In this document: positions 1 through 9,609 of the stretch, piece after piece | Layout: the number at the start of each line of letters is the position of its first letter | How positions within the stretch are numbered: the first letter of the stretch is position 1 | NCBI GenBank assembly: GCA_038231275.1 | Contig: JBBRLQ010000001.1 | Location: 32,001 to 96,000 of the forward strand | Direction: 5' to 3' | Length of the DNA stretch: 64,000 nucleotides | Origin: Polyangiales bacterium | Lineage (GTDB): Bacteria > Myxococcota_A > Polyangia > Polyangiales > Polyangiaceae | Made by a program: the position numbers and the translations under genes | The notes under the pieces: generated by a model | Told to the model about the DNA's origin: nothing | Seen by the model: the letters and a program-made list of their open reading frames with translations, nothing else | The model's database searches: none

Positions 1-1149
1 CGACTGCTCGGCGAGATCGTTCACCGGCCCGTCCGCCCACGACACGAGGAAGCGCCCGTCGGGGAGCGTGCTCGGCTCGCGGTAGCGACCGGCCGGCGAC
101 GGACCGTTCGACGTCGGGACATCGGGCGTCAGGATCTTGTATTTGACGTTCTCCTCGTCGAGGCACGCATGTCCAACGGCGGCGGCGCTCGTCGGATCGA
201 CGCACACCGGATCGTTCGCATTTCGCGCGTCGATCTCGATGAGCGCGCCGGCGTGGATGGTGCGGCTGCGCGTGGTGCCGACGCCGATCATGACGTTGGG
301 CTTGCCCCACTGCTCGCGCACGCTGAAGAGCGCGTTGGCGGGCTTGCCGTGCTGTCCGCCGACCGCGATCATCTGCGTGCCGTCGGGGTTCGCGGCGAAG
401 AGCTTCACGTCGTTGACCGGGCCGAGGTGCTCCCAGCGCGAGTAGCCGATCTTCCCGTCGGCGCGGAGGAACGGCGCGACCGTGTGCGAGAGGTTCTGCG
501 CGGCGAGCCGGCGATCGGCGTCACCACCGTCGACGGTGATCGTGGCGAGCTGCGTGACTTCGCGCGAGTGCTCGTACTCGTCGGCGCGCGTTCCCATCGC
601 CGTGTACATCTGGTTCGTCACGAACGCGATGCGGCCGTTGCCCTCGCCGGGCAAGTAGATCGGGTTGATGTCGTCGGCGTCGGTGAGCGTCTTCTGGTGG
701 ATCTCGAACTTGCCGTCGGCCCCGGGCGCGAGCTGCGCGGTGTAGATGTGGTAGTGGTCGTTCGGATCCTTCTTCATCGAGAAGACGACCTGGGTCGCGT
801 CGAACGAGACGTCCGCGCCGTTGAAGTCGGCCTGCGCGAACGCGGCGGTGATGTTGGTGACGACGCCGTCGGCGCGCGCGGGCGCCATGATGTTGAGGCT
901 GCCGCCCGGCACGTAGCGCTGGTAGTCGAGCACCTGCCCATTGCCGCCCGCGACGTCGACCGTGACCTGACCGTTGTCGCCGACGACCGTGTGCTGCCGC
1001 TTGATGAAGACGATGGCCGACACGCCGGCGCTGGTGCTCTCGTCTGTCGACTTGCTGCAGCCGGCCACGACGCCACCGAGCAAGCTCGGCGCGACGACGA
1101 CGCCGACGAGGAGCGCGAGGCTGGGAATCCGAAGGAGCGGCAGCTTCAT
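1..1149 (-). CDS. Lipoprotein with TolB-like beta-propeller, HzsA (hydrazine synthase alpha subunit)-related family; 3' end runs off the window
   Basis: Manually translated, absent from ORF track because it has no stop in the window: MKLPLLRIPSLALLVGVVVAPSLLGGVVAGC|SKS...DVSFDATQVVFSMKK...DDINPIYLP...RIAFVTN...DEYEH...GKIGYSRWEHLG...LFAANPDGT...GRYREPSTLPDGRFLVSWA. Confidence 0.75.
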   Translation of the reverse strand, partial: MKLPLLRIPSLALLVGVVVAPSLLGGVVAGCSKSTDESTSAGVSAIVFIKRQHTVVGDNGQVTVDVAGGNGQVLDYQRYVPGGSLNIMAPARADGVVTNITAAFAQADFNGADVSFDATQVVFSMKKDPNDHYHIYTAQLAPGADGKFEIHQKTLTDADDINPIYLPGEGNGRIAFVTNQMYTAMGTRADEYEHSREVTQLATITVDGGDADRRLAAQNLSHTVAPFLRADGKIGYSRWEHLGPVNDVKLFAANPDGTQMIAVGGQHGKPANALFSVREQWGKPNVMIGVGTTRSRTIHAGALIEIDARNANDPVCVDPTSAAAVGHACLDEENVKYKILTPDVPTSNGPSPAGRYREPSTLPDGRFLVSWADGPVNDLAEQS

Positions 1150-1329
1150 GGCAATAGAAAGGAAAGCATGGGCCGCGCCAAGTCGGAACCCAACTCTTTC
1201 CGCGCCCCTCGCTGCGCGCGCGCACTGGATCAAGAGGGGCTCACCCCTGACCGTGGGGGGCAGTCACCCCGCGGCGTGAAGGCCGAATCGCTGGATGTGG
1301 TCGCACGTGGTTCGGGGCGGCGCGCGAAG

Positions 1330-1740
1330 TCAGTCGCGCTTCAAACGGAAGGCGTCGGGCAGGAGCTTCTTCAGGTTCGTGTCGCGGCGCGTGACGCCGC
1401 GCGGGCCTTCGCCGACGAGCGCGATCGGCAGGTCGCGCGCAAACTCCCACAGCACTTGACGGCAGATCCCGCACGGCGAGCCCGCGCGCGGCCCCGCGGT
1501 GACGACGGCGCACGCAACGGGGTGACGCTCACCCGCCGCGACCATTTGGACGATCGCGTTTCGCTCCGCGCAAATCGTGGCGCCGAAGGTCGCGTTTTCG
1601 ACGTTGCATCCTGCGAAGATGCGGCCGCTCTTCGTCGCGATCGCCGCGCCGACGGAGTACTTCGAATACGGCGCGTAGGCGCGACGACGAACCTCGCGCG
1701 CGGCGGCGATGAGCTGCGCCATGGTCACCGCGCCCTTCAC
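1330..1740 (-). CDS. cdd: Cytidine deaminase
   Basis: AYAPYSKYSVGAA, GCNVENA, CAERNA, PCGICRQ Zn motifs; GTG start overlaps PNP stop (GTGA). Confidence 0.95.
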   Translation of the reverse strand: MKGAVTMAQLIAAAREVRRRAYAPYSKYSVGAAIATKSGRIFAGCNVENATFGATICAERNAIVQMVAAGERHPVACAVVTAGPRAGSPCGICRQVLWEFARDLPIALVGEGPRGVTRRDTNLKKLLPDAFRLKRD

Positions 1741-2594
1741 GGCGTCACCTTCGCCGCGCGGACGACCCAGCCTCCCAGCAGCGTGAGGAGCGAGTCGCGA
1801 CGGGCGCGCGCCGTCTCTTCGACCTCTTTGTGATCGAGCTCGCCCTTGCCGATCCCCGCCGCGAGGTTCGTGATGCACGACATCGCGCCGACCTTCACGC
1901 GCATGTGACGGAGCGCGATCACCTCGGGCACCGTGCTCATGCCGACCGCCTGCGCGCCCAGGCCGCGGAGCATTCGGACCTCGGCCGGCGTCTCGTACGA
2001 GGGACCGAGGAGGCCCGCGTAAATCCCCTCGCGGAGATCGATCTTGGCGTCGCGGCCCACGGCGAGGAGCGCCTCGCGCAGCACGGGATCGTACGCGTGG
2101 CTCATGTCCGGAAAGCGCGGGCCGAGCGCATCGTCGTTGGGGCCGAGCAGCGGCGTGGTCCCCATGAGGTTCAGGTGATCGGTGACGACCATCAGGTCGC
2201 CGGCGCTCCACGTCGGATCGAGCCCGCCCGCCGCGTTCGTGAGCAGCACGCAGCCGACGCCCAGGCGCGCCATCGTCCGCACGCCGTGGACGACGCTCGC
2301 CATCGGGTGTCCTTCGTAGAGGTGCACGCGCCCCTGCATGCAGACGACGTCGACGCCGCCCGTCTTGCCGAAGCACATGTTGCCGGAGTGCCCGACGACG
2401 TTCGACGCCGGCAAATGCGGGAGCTCCGCGAACGGCACCTTCACGAGCGTGTCCAGGGAATCCGCGAACGCCCCGAGGCCGCTCCCGAGGACCAGCCCCA
2501 CCTTCGGCGTCGCGGCCGCTCCCGTCACGCGTGCACGGATCGCGCGAACGGTCTCCTCGACCCTCACGCTCGGGGCGGTTTCGGCAGCAGTCAT
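1737..2594 (-). CDS. punA: Purine nucleoside phosphorylase (trimeric PNP family)
   Basis: LGSGLG, QGRVHLYEG, TNAAGG, GPSYETPAE, VGMSTVPE, ITNLAAG. Confidence 0.93.
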   Translation of the reverse strand: MTAAETAPSVRVEETVRAIRARVTGAAATPKVGLVLGSGLGAFADSLDTLVKVPFAELPHLPASNVVGHSGNMCFGKTGGVDVVCMQGRVHLYEGHPMASVVHGVRTMARLGVGCVLLTNAAGGLDPTWSAGDLMVVTDHLNLMGTTPLLGPNDDALGPRFPDMSHAYDPVLREALLAVGRDAKIDLREGIYAGLLGPSYETPAEVRMLRGLGAQAVGMSTVPEVIALRHMRVKVGAMSCITNLAAGIGKGELDHKEVEETARARRDSLLTLLGGWVVRAAKVTP

Positions 2595-2614
2595 GCGCGC
2601 ATCCTAGCGCGAGG

Positions 2615-3115
2615 CTATTTCTTCGGGAATTTTTGCGTGAGCGCCTTGCACACGATCTCGGGCGCGTAGCGGCTCACGTCGCCGCCGTGGCTGGCGATCT
2701 CGCGGACGAGCGACGCCGAGACGAAGCCGTGCTTCGTGCGCGTCGGGAGGAAGATCGTGTCGATCTCCGGGCACAAGTCGGCGTTCGCGTGCGCGATCTG
2801 GAGCTCGTACTCGAAGTCGGTGGCGGCGCGGAGGCCGCGGACGATGCAGCGGGCGGCGCGCGCGCGGCAGTAATCGATGAGGAGGCCGTCGAACGAATCG
2901 ACCTCGACGTTGGGCAGGTGCTTCACGACGCTCGTGATGAGGTGGGTGCGCTCGTCTGCCGAGAAGAGCGGATGACGCGTGGGGTGCACGCCGATGGCGA
3001 CGATGACCTCGCTGAAGAGCGCCGAAGAACGCTCGATCAAATCGAGATGGCCGGCCGTGACCGGATCGAAGCTCCCGGCGTAGACGGCGAGTCGCGCGAC
3101 GGCTTGCCCGGTCAT
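2615..3115 (-). CDS. coaD: Phosphopantetheine adenylyltransferase
   Basis: YAGSFDPVTAGHLDLI, IVRGLR..DFEYE, VSASLVREIA; ATG overlaps upstream stop (ATGA). Confidence 0.96.
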   Translation of the reverse strand: MTGQAVARLAVYAGSFDPVTAGHLDLIERSSALFSEVIVAIGVHPTRHPLFSADERTHLITSVVKHLPNVEVDSFDGLLIDYCRARAARCIVRGLRAATDFEYELQIAHANADLCPEIDTIFLPTRTKHGFVSASLVREIASHGGDVSRYAPEIVCKALTQKFPKK

Positions 3116-4488
3116 TTCTTGCCTGCGGGAGCCGGAGCGGACGCGGGCTTCGGAGTCGGAGTCCGAGTCGCCGTCGGAGTCGCCGTCGGAGTCGGAGTCG
3201 GAGTCCGAGTCGGAGTCGGCGTCGGAGTCGCGTCGGCGGGGACGGATGGCGCCGGGGGTCGGCCCATCGCCATCGCCGGATCGGGCTCGAGCCAGACGAA
3301 GCGGCCCTCGTCGCCGAACGTCACGCGGAAGAGCGCGAGGAGGCCCGCGCCCATTACGCCGCCGAGATCGACGTCGACGTTGCCCTGCACGTCGCCGAGC
3401 GGCGCGCCTTGAAGTGCGGGGATCGCCTGCAAATCGAAGCCTCCGAGCTTCATCGACGGGACCATCCCCGCCTTCATGTTCTGCGCGGCCGGCTCCGGCT
3501 TGAGCGTCGTCGGATCGATGCCTGCGCGCCGCCACGTCGCGTCCTCGAGCGCGAGAGGAAACGGCGCCGACGAGTCGACGAGCAGGAGCGCGAGCGAGTC
3601 CGCCTTCGGCGTCATGTTCGCGCGCAGGAGCATCCCGCCGCCGCGCACGTACCAGAGGGGGACGCGGCTCGCGTCGGGCGGCGGCGTCGCCTCGTCGCGG
3701 CGAACGACGAACTGGCCGCCGCGGCGATCGAACGTGACGTGCATGTGCCGCAGCAGATTCACCCCGAGCAGGGCCTTCACCGGCGCGCCGAGCTGACGCG
3801 AGAGGCCGGACAGATCCTGCGTGAGCGCGGGAACGTCCTTCACTTCGATCCGGTCGCCGAAGCGCAAGTTGACCCACGCCGGCTCCTTGCGCGAGTTCGA
3901 GTCCACGACGAGCTCGCCGATCGACGTCGCGACGAGGGCGAGGATGCGCTCGCCTTCGAGCTCGCACGGGACGACGAGCGCAGCGCCGGCCGGCGGCATC
4001 TCCACCGCCGCGACGAGCCCGCCTTCGATCGCGAACGGATGGCGCCCCTGGCCACGACGCGCGAGCTTCGCGACCTCGCGCGCCCAAGGATCCTTGACGT
4101 TCGGATCCTGGAGCATCGCCTCGAGATCCTCGGCGGCCTGCTCGATGTCACCGCCGTACCAGTGCGCGCGCCCGCGCAGGCCGTGCACCTCCGCGGTCTG
4201 GAGCCCCTCGGTGAGCTTGAGGGTCGCGGCGTAGTCCAGACCCGAGAGCGCGATGCGCGCGTTCATGATGCGCACGTCCCGATCGCTCGGCGCCGCCTTG
4301 AGCGCGCTATCGCCCGACGTCCTCGCGTCCTCGAAGTCGCCGGCGCGGAAGCTCAGCTTCGCGCGCGTGAGCCACTTCTCGGCGAGCGGCGAACGGTTCG
4401 GGACGTTCGCGTCGGTCGCGGGGCCGCACGCCGCGGCGAACGCCGCCACGAACGCGAGGAGAGCCAGAAACGTGGGCGAGAGGCGCAT
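3112..4488 (-). CDS. Lipoprotein with TPR N-terminus, two degenerate retropepsin-like lobes and a Pro-Thr tail
   Basis: Lipobox FAAAC; TPR-like helices; LLGVNLLRHMHVTFD and GVMGAGLL retropepsin-like signatures; PTPTPT tail. Confidence 0.6.
   Translation of the reverse strand: MRLSPTFLALLAFVAAFAAACGPATDANVPNRSPLAEKWLTRAKLSFRAGDFEDARTSGDSALKAAPSDRDVRIMNARIALSGLDYAATLKLTEGLQTAEVHGLRGRAHWYGGDIEQAAEDLEAMLQDPNVKDPWAREVAKLARRGQGRHPFAIEGGLVAAVEMPPAGAALVVPCELEGERILALVATSIGELVVDSNSRKEPAWVNLRFGDRIEVKDVPALTQDLSGLSRQLGAPVKALLGVNLLRHMHVTFDRRGGQFVVRRDEATPPPDASRVPLWYVRGGGMLLRANMTPKADSLALLLVDSSAPFPLALEDATWRRAGIDPTTLKPEPAAQNMKAGMVPSMKLGGFDLQAIPALQGAPLGDVQGNVDVDLGGVMGAGLLALFRVTFGDEGRFVWLEPDPAMAMGRPPAPSVPADATPTPTPTRTPTPTPTATPTATRTPTPKPASAPAPAGKK
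3147..3235 (-). repeat. Degenerate hexanucleotide tandem repeat encoding a Pro-Thr linker
   Basis: gtcgga/gtccga/gtcgcc units encoding ATPTPTPTRTPTPTPTATPTATRTPTP. Confidence 0.85.
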
Positions 4489-4524
4489 TCCGTGTGTGCT
4501 GATAGCCCATCGCCGGGGGCGGGT

Positions 4525-5361
4525 CTACGGGGCGGTTACCGGCGCGGGATCGACGCGCAAGATCCGGTCGGCCCGCAGCTCCCGGCGCCCGCGTCCGGGG
4601 ACCTCGTAGCCAATGATGTGGGGCGGATCGGCGTCGGTGCGGACCTCGGTGACGATGAGCGTCAACGTTTGTGGACCGCGCCGGCTCGCGCGATAGGTGA
4701 GCAGCACCGGCGCGGCGTGCTCGGCGGCCGCGACGCACGCCTCGACGATGTGCGCGCGCGCTGTCCGCTGCGCGACCTTCACCTCCCAGAGATCGCGCAC
4801 CGAGGTCGGCGCGAGCGCGGTGACGCAGCGATCGAACACCGCCCGCAGGGCCGCCACGTCGTCCGACGCCCGATGCGCCCGCTCCCGCACGATCCCCAGG
4901 CTCTCGCAGAGCGCGACGAGCGCGTGGCTCGGAAACGCGAACGCGCGACGCGACAAATTCAGCGTGTCGAGCCAATATGCAATCTGCACGGATTTGCCGG
5001 CGCGCAGGAATTCTGCGAGCAGGAATTTCACGTCCCACTCGGCCGCGTGGGCCACGACGACCGCGCCGTCGAGCGCCCGAATCACGTCGTCGGCCACCGC
5101 CGCGAACGTCGGGGCCCCTTCGAGCGCGGCGGCGTCGAGTCCGTGGATCTGCGACGCGCCCCCCACGCGCTCGCCCGGGTTGACCAGGGTCTCCACGCGC
5201 GCGACGACCTGGCCCGCGACGACGCGCTCGACGCACACCTCGACGACGCGATCCTTCTCCGCATCGAGCCCAGTCATCTCGAGGTCCACGAACGCGAACG
5301 GCGCCTCGCCGACGGGCATGTCCCACGGGGGCCCGGGAGGCGGCGGCGGGACGCGCGGCAT
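4525..5361 (-). CDS. DEDDh 3'-5' exonuclease (DnaQ-like) with C-terminal WYL-like domain
   Basis: VDLEMTG, VAHAAEWD, LDTL, HRASDDV; C-terminus LLTY...IIGY...RRELRADRI. Confidence 0.85.
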   Translation of the reverse strand: MPRVPPPPPGPPWDMPVGEAPFAFVDLEMTGLDAEKDRVVEVCVERVVAGQVVARVETLVNPGERVGGASQIHGLDAAALEGAPTFAAVADDVIRALDGAVVVAHAAEWDVKFLLAEFLRAGKSVQIAYWLDTLNLSRRAFAFPSHALVALCESLGIVRERAHRASDDVAALRAVFDRCVTALAPTSVRDLWEVKVAQRTARAHIVEACVAAAEHAAPVLLTYRASRRGPQTLTLIVTEVRTDADPPHIIGYEVPGRGRRELRADRILRVDPAPVTAP

Positions 5362-5418
5362 GAGGCGAACCTACCTCAACTGGTGACGCGCGACGCAGGC
5401 GCTTATCCTCGGGCCAGG

Positions 5419-6582
5419 GTGGTGTTCTACGTCCTCACGATCCCGGCCGCGCTCTACGCCCTCTTCGGCGCGTACGCGGCCTTGCGGACATTCACCGGGG
5501 TGCGGCCGTTGCCGGACCGGCCGGAGGCGCCAGCGTCGTGGCCGCGCGTGTCGATCATCGTCCCTGCGTGCAACGAGGAGGGCACGCTGCGCGACGCAAC
5601 GGCCTCGAAGCTGGCGAGCGACTACCCGGACCTCGAGGTGGTGATCGTCGACGATCGCTCGACCGACGGCACACCGGGGATCGCCGACGCGCTGGCCGCC
5701 GGAGATCCGCGCGTTCGCGTCGTCCACGTGAAGGAGCTCCCCGCCGGCTGGCTCGGCAAGCTGCACGCGCTCGATCGCGGCGTGCACGCGTCGAGCGGGG
5801 ACTACTTGCTCTTCAGCGACGCCGACGTGCACATGGACGCCGACGTGATGCGGCGCGTGATCGCCGTCGCCGAGAAGGAGGAGCTGGGCTTCGTCGCGCT
5901 CTTTCCGCGCGTGTGGGAGAGCGGCTTCGTCGTCGACCTCGCGATGACGGCGATGCTGCGGCAGCTCGTCGTCGCGGGCCGCTCGTGGAAGGTCTCTGAC
6001 CCGCGTTCGTCCGTGTGCGTGGGCAGCGGCGTCTTTAACCTCGTCCGCCGCACGGCGTTCGCCGCGACGCCAGGCTTCCCGTGGCTCAAGCTCGAGATCG
6101 TCGATGACATCGCCCTCGGCCAGATGATGAAGCGCGCCGGCGCCCGCTGCGCGCTCTTCAACGCGAGCACGTCGCTCGGCCTCCATTTCTATCGTTCGGC
6201 GGGCGAGATGATGCGCGGCACGGAAAAAAACGGCTTCAGCGTCCTCGGCCGGCTCCGCCTCTACCTCGCGCTCCTCGCCGCCGCCGCGCTCATCCTCGTC
6301 GAGGTCGGCCCTCTCGTGGCGCTCGTCTACCCCGGCGCGCCGATGTGGGCACGCGCGCTGGGAGGCGCGGCGCTCGTCGTGACGTCGCTCCTTCAGGCCA
6401 CCGTGGCGTGGTGGGGCAAGCGGAGCGCGCTCGTCGCACTGGTGCCGGTGCTGGGCCCGCTCACGTGCCTCTTTTTTCTGATGCGCGGCGTCGTGCTGGC
6501 GATCCTGCGCGGCGGGGTGGTCTGGCGAGGCACGAAGTATTCGCTACGAGAGCTGCGCGCGGGAATTCGCATCGCGCTCTGA
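5419..6582 (+). CDS. GT2 glycosyltransferase, membrane-bound (HpnB/CrtQ-like)
   Basis: VSIIVPACNEE, VDDRSTDGT, LPAGWLGKLHAL, FSDADV, IVDDIALG; C-terminal TM helices, VVWRG. Confidence 0.9.
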   Translation: MVFYVLTIPAALYALFGAYAALRTFTGVRPLPDRPEAPASWPRVSIIVPACNEEGTLRDATASKLASDYPDLEVVIVDDRSTDGTPGIADALAAGDPRVRVVHVKELPAGWLGKLHALDRGVHASSGDYLLFSDADVHMDADVMRRVIAVAEKEELGFVALFPRVWESGFVVDLAMTAMLRQLVVAGRSWKVSDPRSSVCVGSGVFNLVRRTAFAATPGFPWLKLEIVDDIALGQMMKRAGARCALFNASTSLGLHFYRSAGEMMRGTEKNGFSVLGRLRLYLALLAAAALILVEVGPLVALVYPGAPMWARALGGAALVVTSLLQATVAWWGKRSALVALVPVLGPLTCLFFLMRGVVLAILRGGVVWRGTKYSLRELRAGIRIAL

Positions 6583-6596
6583 AGACGTCGCGACGC

Positions 6597-7442
6597 TCAG
6601 CCCGAGCCCAAGAGCGCAGCGCCGGCGACGACGAGCGCGGCGCCCATGAGCACGGGGCGCGGCGGCACGACGCCGGACATCCACGCGAAGGCGTGGGCGA
6701 ACACCACCGACGTGTTCCGCAGCGTCAGGACCCGTCCCGCTCCGCTCTCGTGAAGCGCGCCGAGGAAGAGGAGGAACGACGCCGTGCACACGACGCCCGC
6801 GCCCACGAGCGTGCCCGGCGACTCCCGCAGCGCCGCCCACAGTCGACGCGGCGCGCCGGTGCCCAACGCAACGACGTTGAGCGGCGCCGCCACGAGGAGA
6901 GAGACCGCGAAGAGCGCGGTGGGTGACGCGCCGAGGCCGAGCGCGCGCTTGTAGAAGAGGTACACCGACGCGATGAACACCGCGCACGCGATCGCCCACG
7001 CGATCCCCGACGCGCGACGCGGATCCGGCGCGCCGCGCGACGGCATCCCCGTGAGAACGAGTCCGCCAAGCACGAGCACGACGCCGGCGATCGCCCCCAG
7101 CCCCGCGCGCTCATGAAAGAGGAGGATGCTGAGCGGCCACACGACGACGATCGAGCCCCCGCGCGTGATCGTGTACGCGATCCCGAGCGGCGCCGCGTCG
7201 AGCGCGCGCGCGAGGGTGACGAAGTACGCCGCCTCCCCGAGCCCCGCCGCGAGCGTCCAACCGAGCGCGGCGCGCGACGGAAACGCGACCGCGTCCGACA
7301 CCAGCGCCGGCACCGACGCCGTGAGCGCCGCGATCGTGAGAATGAGCGCGCCCGCGAGCCGCGGCGACGCATGACGTTTGAGGAGCGCGTTCCACGCCGC
7401 GTGCAGGACCGCCGACGCGAGGACGAGGAGGGTGGCGTTCAA
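6597..7442 (-). CDS. EamA/DMT family transporter
   Basis: SAVLHAAWNALLK, AYTITRG, LRNTSVVFA; about 10 TM segments; TTG start overlaps thiolase stop. Confidence 0.88.
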   Translation of the reverse strand: MNATLLVLASAVLHAAWNALLKRHASPRLAGALILTIAALTASVPALVSDAVAFPSRAALGWTLAAGLGEAAYFVTLARALDAAPLGIAYTITRGGSIVVVWPLSILLFHERAGLGAIAGVVLVLGGLVLTGMPSRGAPDPRRASGIAWAIACAVFIASVYLFYKRALGLGASPTALFAVSLLVAAPLNVVALGTGAPRRLWAALRESPGTLVGAGVVCTASFLLFLGALHESGAGRVLTLRNTSVVFAHAFAWMSGVVPPRPVLMGAALVVAGAALLGSG

Positions 7443-8644
7443 CGCTCGACGAGCATCGCGATTCCCTGGCCGACGCCGATGCAGAGGGCCGCCATGCCGC
7501 GCTTCTTCCCTTGCGCCTTCATCGCGTGGACGAGCGCGCCGAGGATGCGCGCGCCGCTCGAACCGATCGGGTGCCCGAGCGCGATGGCGCCGCCGTTCAC
7601 GTTGACCATCGCCGGATCGAGCTCGAGCCCGCGGATGCACGCGAGCGACTGCGCGGCGAACGCTTCGTTGAGCTCGACGAGCTCGAGGTCCTGCACCGTC
7701 CACCCCGCGCGCGCGAGCGCCTTCTTCCCCGCGGGGATCGGCCCCTCCCCCATCAGGTTCGGCTCCACCCCCGCGGTCGCGAACGACACGACACGCGCCA
7801 GCGGCTCGAGCCCGTGCGCGCGCACCACCTCTTCGCTCGCGACGAGCACCGCGCTCGCGCCGTCGTTGATCGGCGAGCTATTGCCTGCCGTGACGCTCCC
7901 TCCTTTTCGGAACGCCGGCGAGAGCTTCGCGAGCGCCTCGATCGTGGTGTCGGGCCGCGGCGACTCGTCCTTCGTGAAGAGCACCGGATCCCCTTTTTTC
8001 TGGGGGATCGGCACAGCAACGATCTCGCGGTCGAAGGCCCCGCTCGCGATCGCCGCGCCCGCCTTCTTCTGCGACGCGAGCGCGAACTGATCCTGCTCCT
8101 CGCGCCCGATCTTCCATTTCTCGGCGACGTTCTCCGCGGTGTCCCCCATCGACTGGAGCGGAAAGCGCGCCGCCATCTTCGCGTTCTCGAAGCGCCAGCC
8201 GAGCGACGTGTCGTAGACCTTGGGCGGCGTGCGCGAGAACGCCTCGTCGGCCTTGGGCATCGCGTACGGCGAGCGCGTCATGCTCTCCACGCCGCCCGCC
8301 ACGACGACGTCCGCGTCGCCGGTCCATACACGCATCACCGCGTCGGTCACCGCCTCGAGGCCCGAGCCGCACAGCCGGTTCACCGTCACCGCGGGGATCT
8401 CGTAGGGGAGATTCGCCAAGAGCACCGCCATGCGCGCAACGTTCCGGTTGTCCTCTCCCGCCTGGTTCGTCGCGCCGAAAATGACCTGATCGATCCGCGC
8501 GTACGCGGCCGGGACGCGCGCGCCGAACGCCGCGAGCACGTGCGCCGCGAGATCGTCGGGCCGGGCCGTCGCGAGCCCGCCCTTCCATTTTGCGATCGGG
8601 GTCCGGACGGCGTCGACGATGTACGCGGGGCGAAGGGCGTTCAT
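7439..8644 (-). CDS. Acetyl-CoA C-acyltransferase (thiolase, PcaF/PaaJ-like)
   Basis: NQAGEDNRNVARM, NRLCGSG, NEAFA, GHPIGSSG, LCIGVGQG. Confidence 0.95.
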   Translation of the reverse strand: MNALRPAYIVDAVRTPIAKWKGGLATARPDDLAAHVLAAFGARVPAAYARIDQVIFGATNQAGEDNRNVARMAVLLANLPYEIPAVTVNRLCGSGLEAVTDAVMRVWTGDADVVVAGGVESMTRSPYAMPKADEAFSRTPPKVYDTSLGWRFENAKMAARFPLQSMGDTAENVAEKWKIGREEQDQFALASQKKAGAAIASGAFDREIVAVPIPQKKGDPVLFTKDESPRPDTTIEALAKLSPAFRKGGSVTAGNSSPINDGASAVLVASEEVVRAHGLEPLARVVSFATAGVEPNLMGEGPIPAGKKALARAGWTVQDLELVELNEAFAAQSLACIRGLELDPAMVNVNGGAIALGHPIGSSGARILGALVHAMKAQGKKRGMAALCIGVGQGIAMLVER

Positions 8645-8677
8645 GGCGCCCGGAGCTTAGCCAAAATCCCGCCGAAA

Positions 8678-9559
8678 TCAGCCTTTCGGCTGCGGCACGC
8701 CGTCTTTCCAGACGTAGAACCCCTCGCCGGTCTTTTTGCCGAGCTTGCCGGCGCGCACCATCTGGCGGAGCAGCGGCGGCGGACGAAACTGGTCGCCGAT
8801 CTCGCGCTGCAGGTGCTCGAGGATCGCGAGGCGCACGTCGAGACCGACCAAATCGGTCAGCTTGAGCGGCCCCATCGGGTGCCGGTAGCCGAGCTCCATT
8901 CCCTTGTCGATGTCGGCGGCGCTGGCGACGCCCATCTCGAGCATGCGGATCGCCTCCGCACCCAAGATGACGCCAAGGCGGCTCGTCGCGAAGCCGGGCA
9001 CGTCGTTCACCACGATCGCCGTCTTGCCGAGCGCCTTCGCCAGCGCCTGCGCGCGCGTCACCGTCTCGTCCGTCGTCCCGAGGCCGCGCACGATCTCGAG
9101 CAGCTCCATCACCGGCGGCGGGTTGAAGAAGTGGAGGCCGACCGTCCTGTCGGGCGCGCCGATCCGGCGCCCGAGCTCGGTGAGCGAGAGGGACGACGTG
9201 TTGGAGCCGAGGAGCGCCGTCTTGGGCGCCGCGCGAACGACCTCGTCGAAGAGCGCCACCTTCAGCGCCATATCCTCGGGGACGGCTTCGATGACGGCGT
9301 CGCAGCCCTCGCACGCCACCGCCGCCGCCTGCGCGGGCGAGAGCTTCGCGAGCGCGGCTGAGCGCGCTTCGGCGGTCATTTTGCCCTTCGCGACGAGCTT
9401 TTCGAGCTGCGCGCCGATCGCCTCGATCGCCTTCGTCGCGCGGTCGGGCGCGACGTCGAAGATGCGCGTGACATGTCCGGTGACCGCGGCAATCTGAGCG
9501 ATTCCCTGACCCATCGTCCCGGTCCCCAAGACCGCAATCGTACCGTTCGCGTCGCTCAC
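8678..9559 (-). CDS. 3-hydroxyacyl-CoA dehydrogenase (PaaH/Hbd-like)
   Basis: GTGTMGQGIA, EAVPE, SNTSS, GLHFFNP, HPMGPLKLTDLVGLD, GKLGKKTGEGFY. Confidence 0.95.
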   Translation of the reverse strand: MSDANGTIAVLGTGTMGQGIAQIAAVTGHVTRIFDVAPDRATKAIEAIGAQLEKLVAKGKMTAEARSAALAKLSPAQAAAVACEGCDAVIEAVPEDMALKVALFDEVVRAAPKTALLGSNTSSLSLTELGRRIGAPDRTVGLHFFNPPPVMELLEIVRGLGTTDETVTRAQALAKALGKTAIVVNDVPGFATSRLGVILGAEAIRMLEMGVASAADIDKGMELGYRHPMGPLKLTDLVGLDVRLAILEHLQREIGDQFRPPPLLRQMVRAGKLGKKTGEGFYVWKDGVPQPKG

Positions 9560-9609
9560 GTGTGCTCCTCGCGTGTATGCTGACGCTACCAGGAAAAGCG
9601 CCAAACCAC

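Noticed and set aside
3147-3235. Tandem repeats here and at 46789-46843 as possible CRISPR or contingency loci
   Set aside because: Six-nt in-frame coding repeats for Pro-Thr linkers; no spacers and no cas genes
3409-6582. 1057-aa ORF suggesting a giant glycosyltransferase fusion
   Set aside because: Only 5419-6582 is the GT2 gene; the upstream part is antisense to two real minus-strand genes
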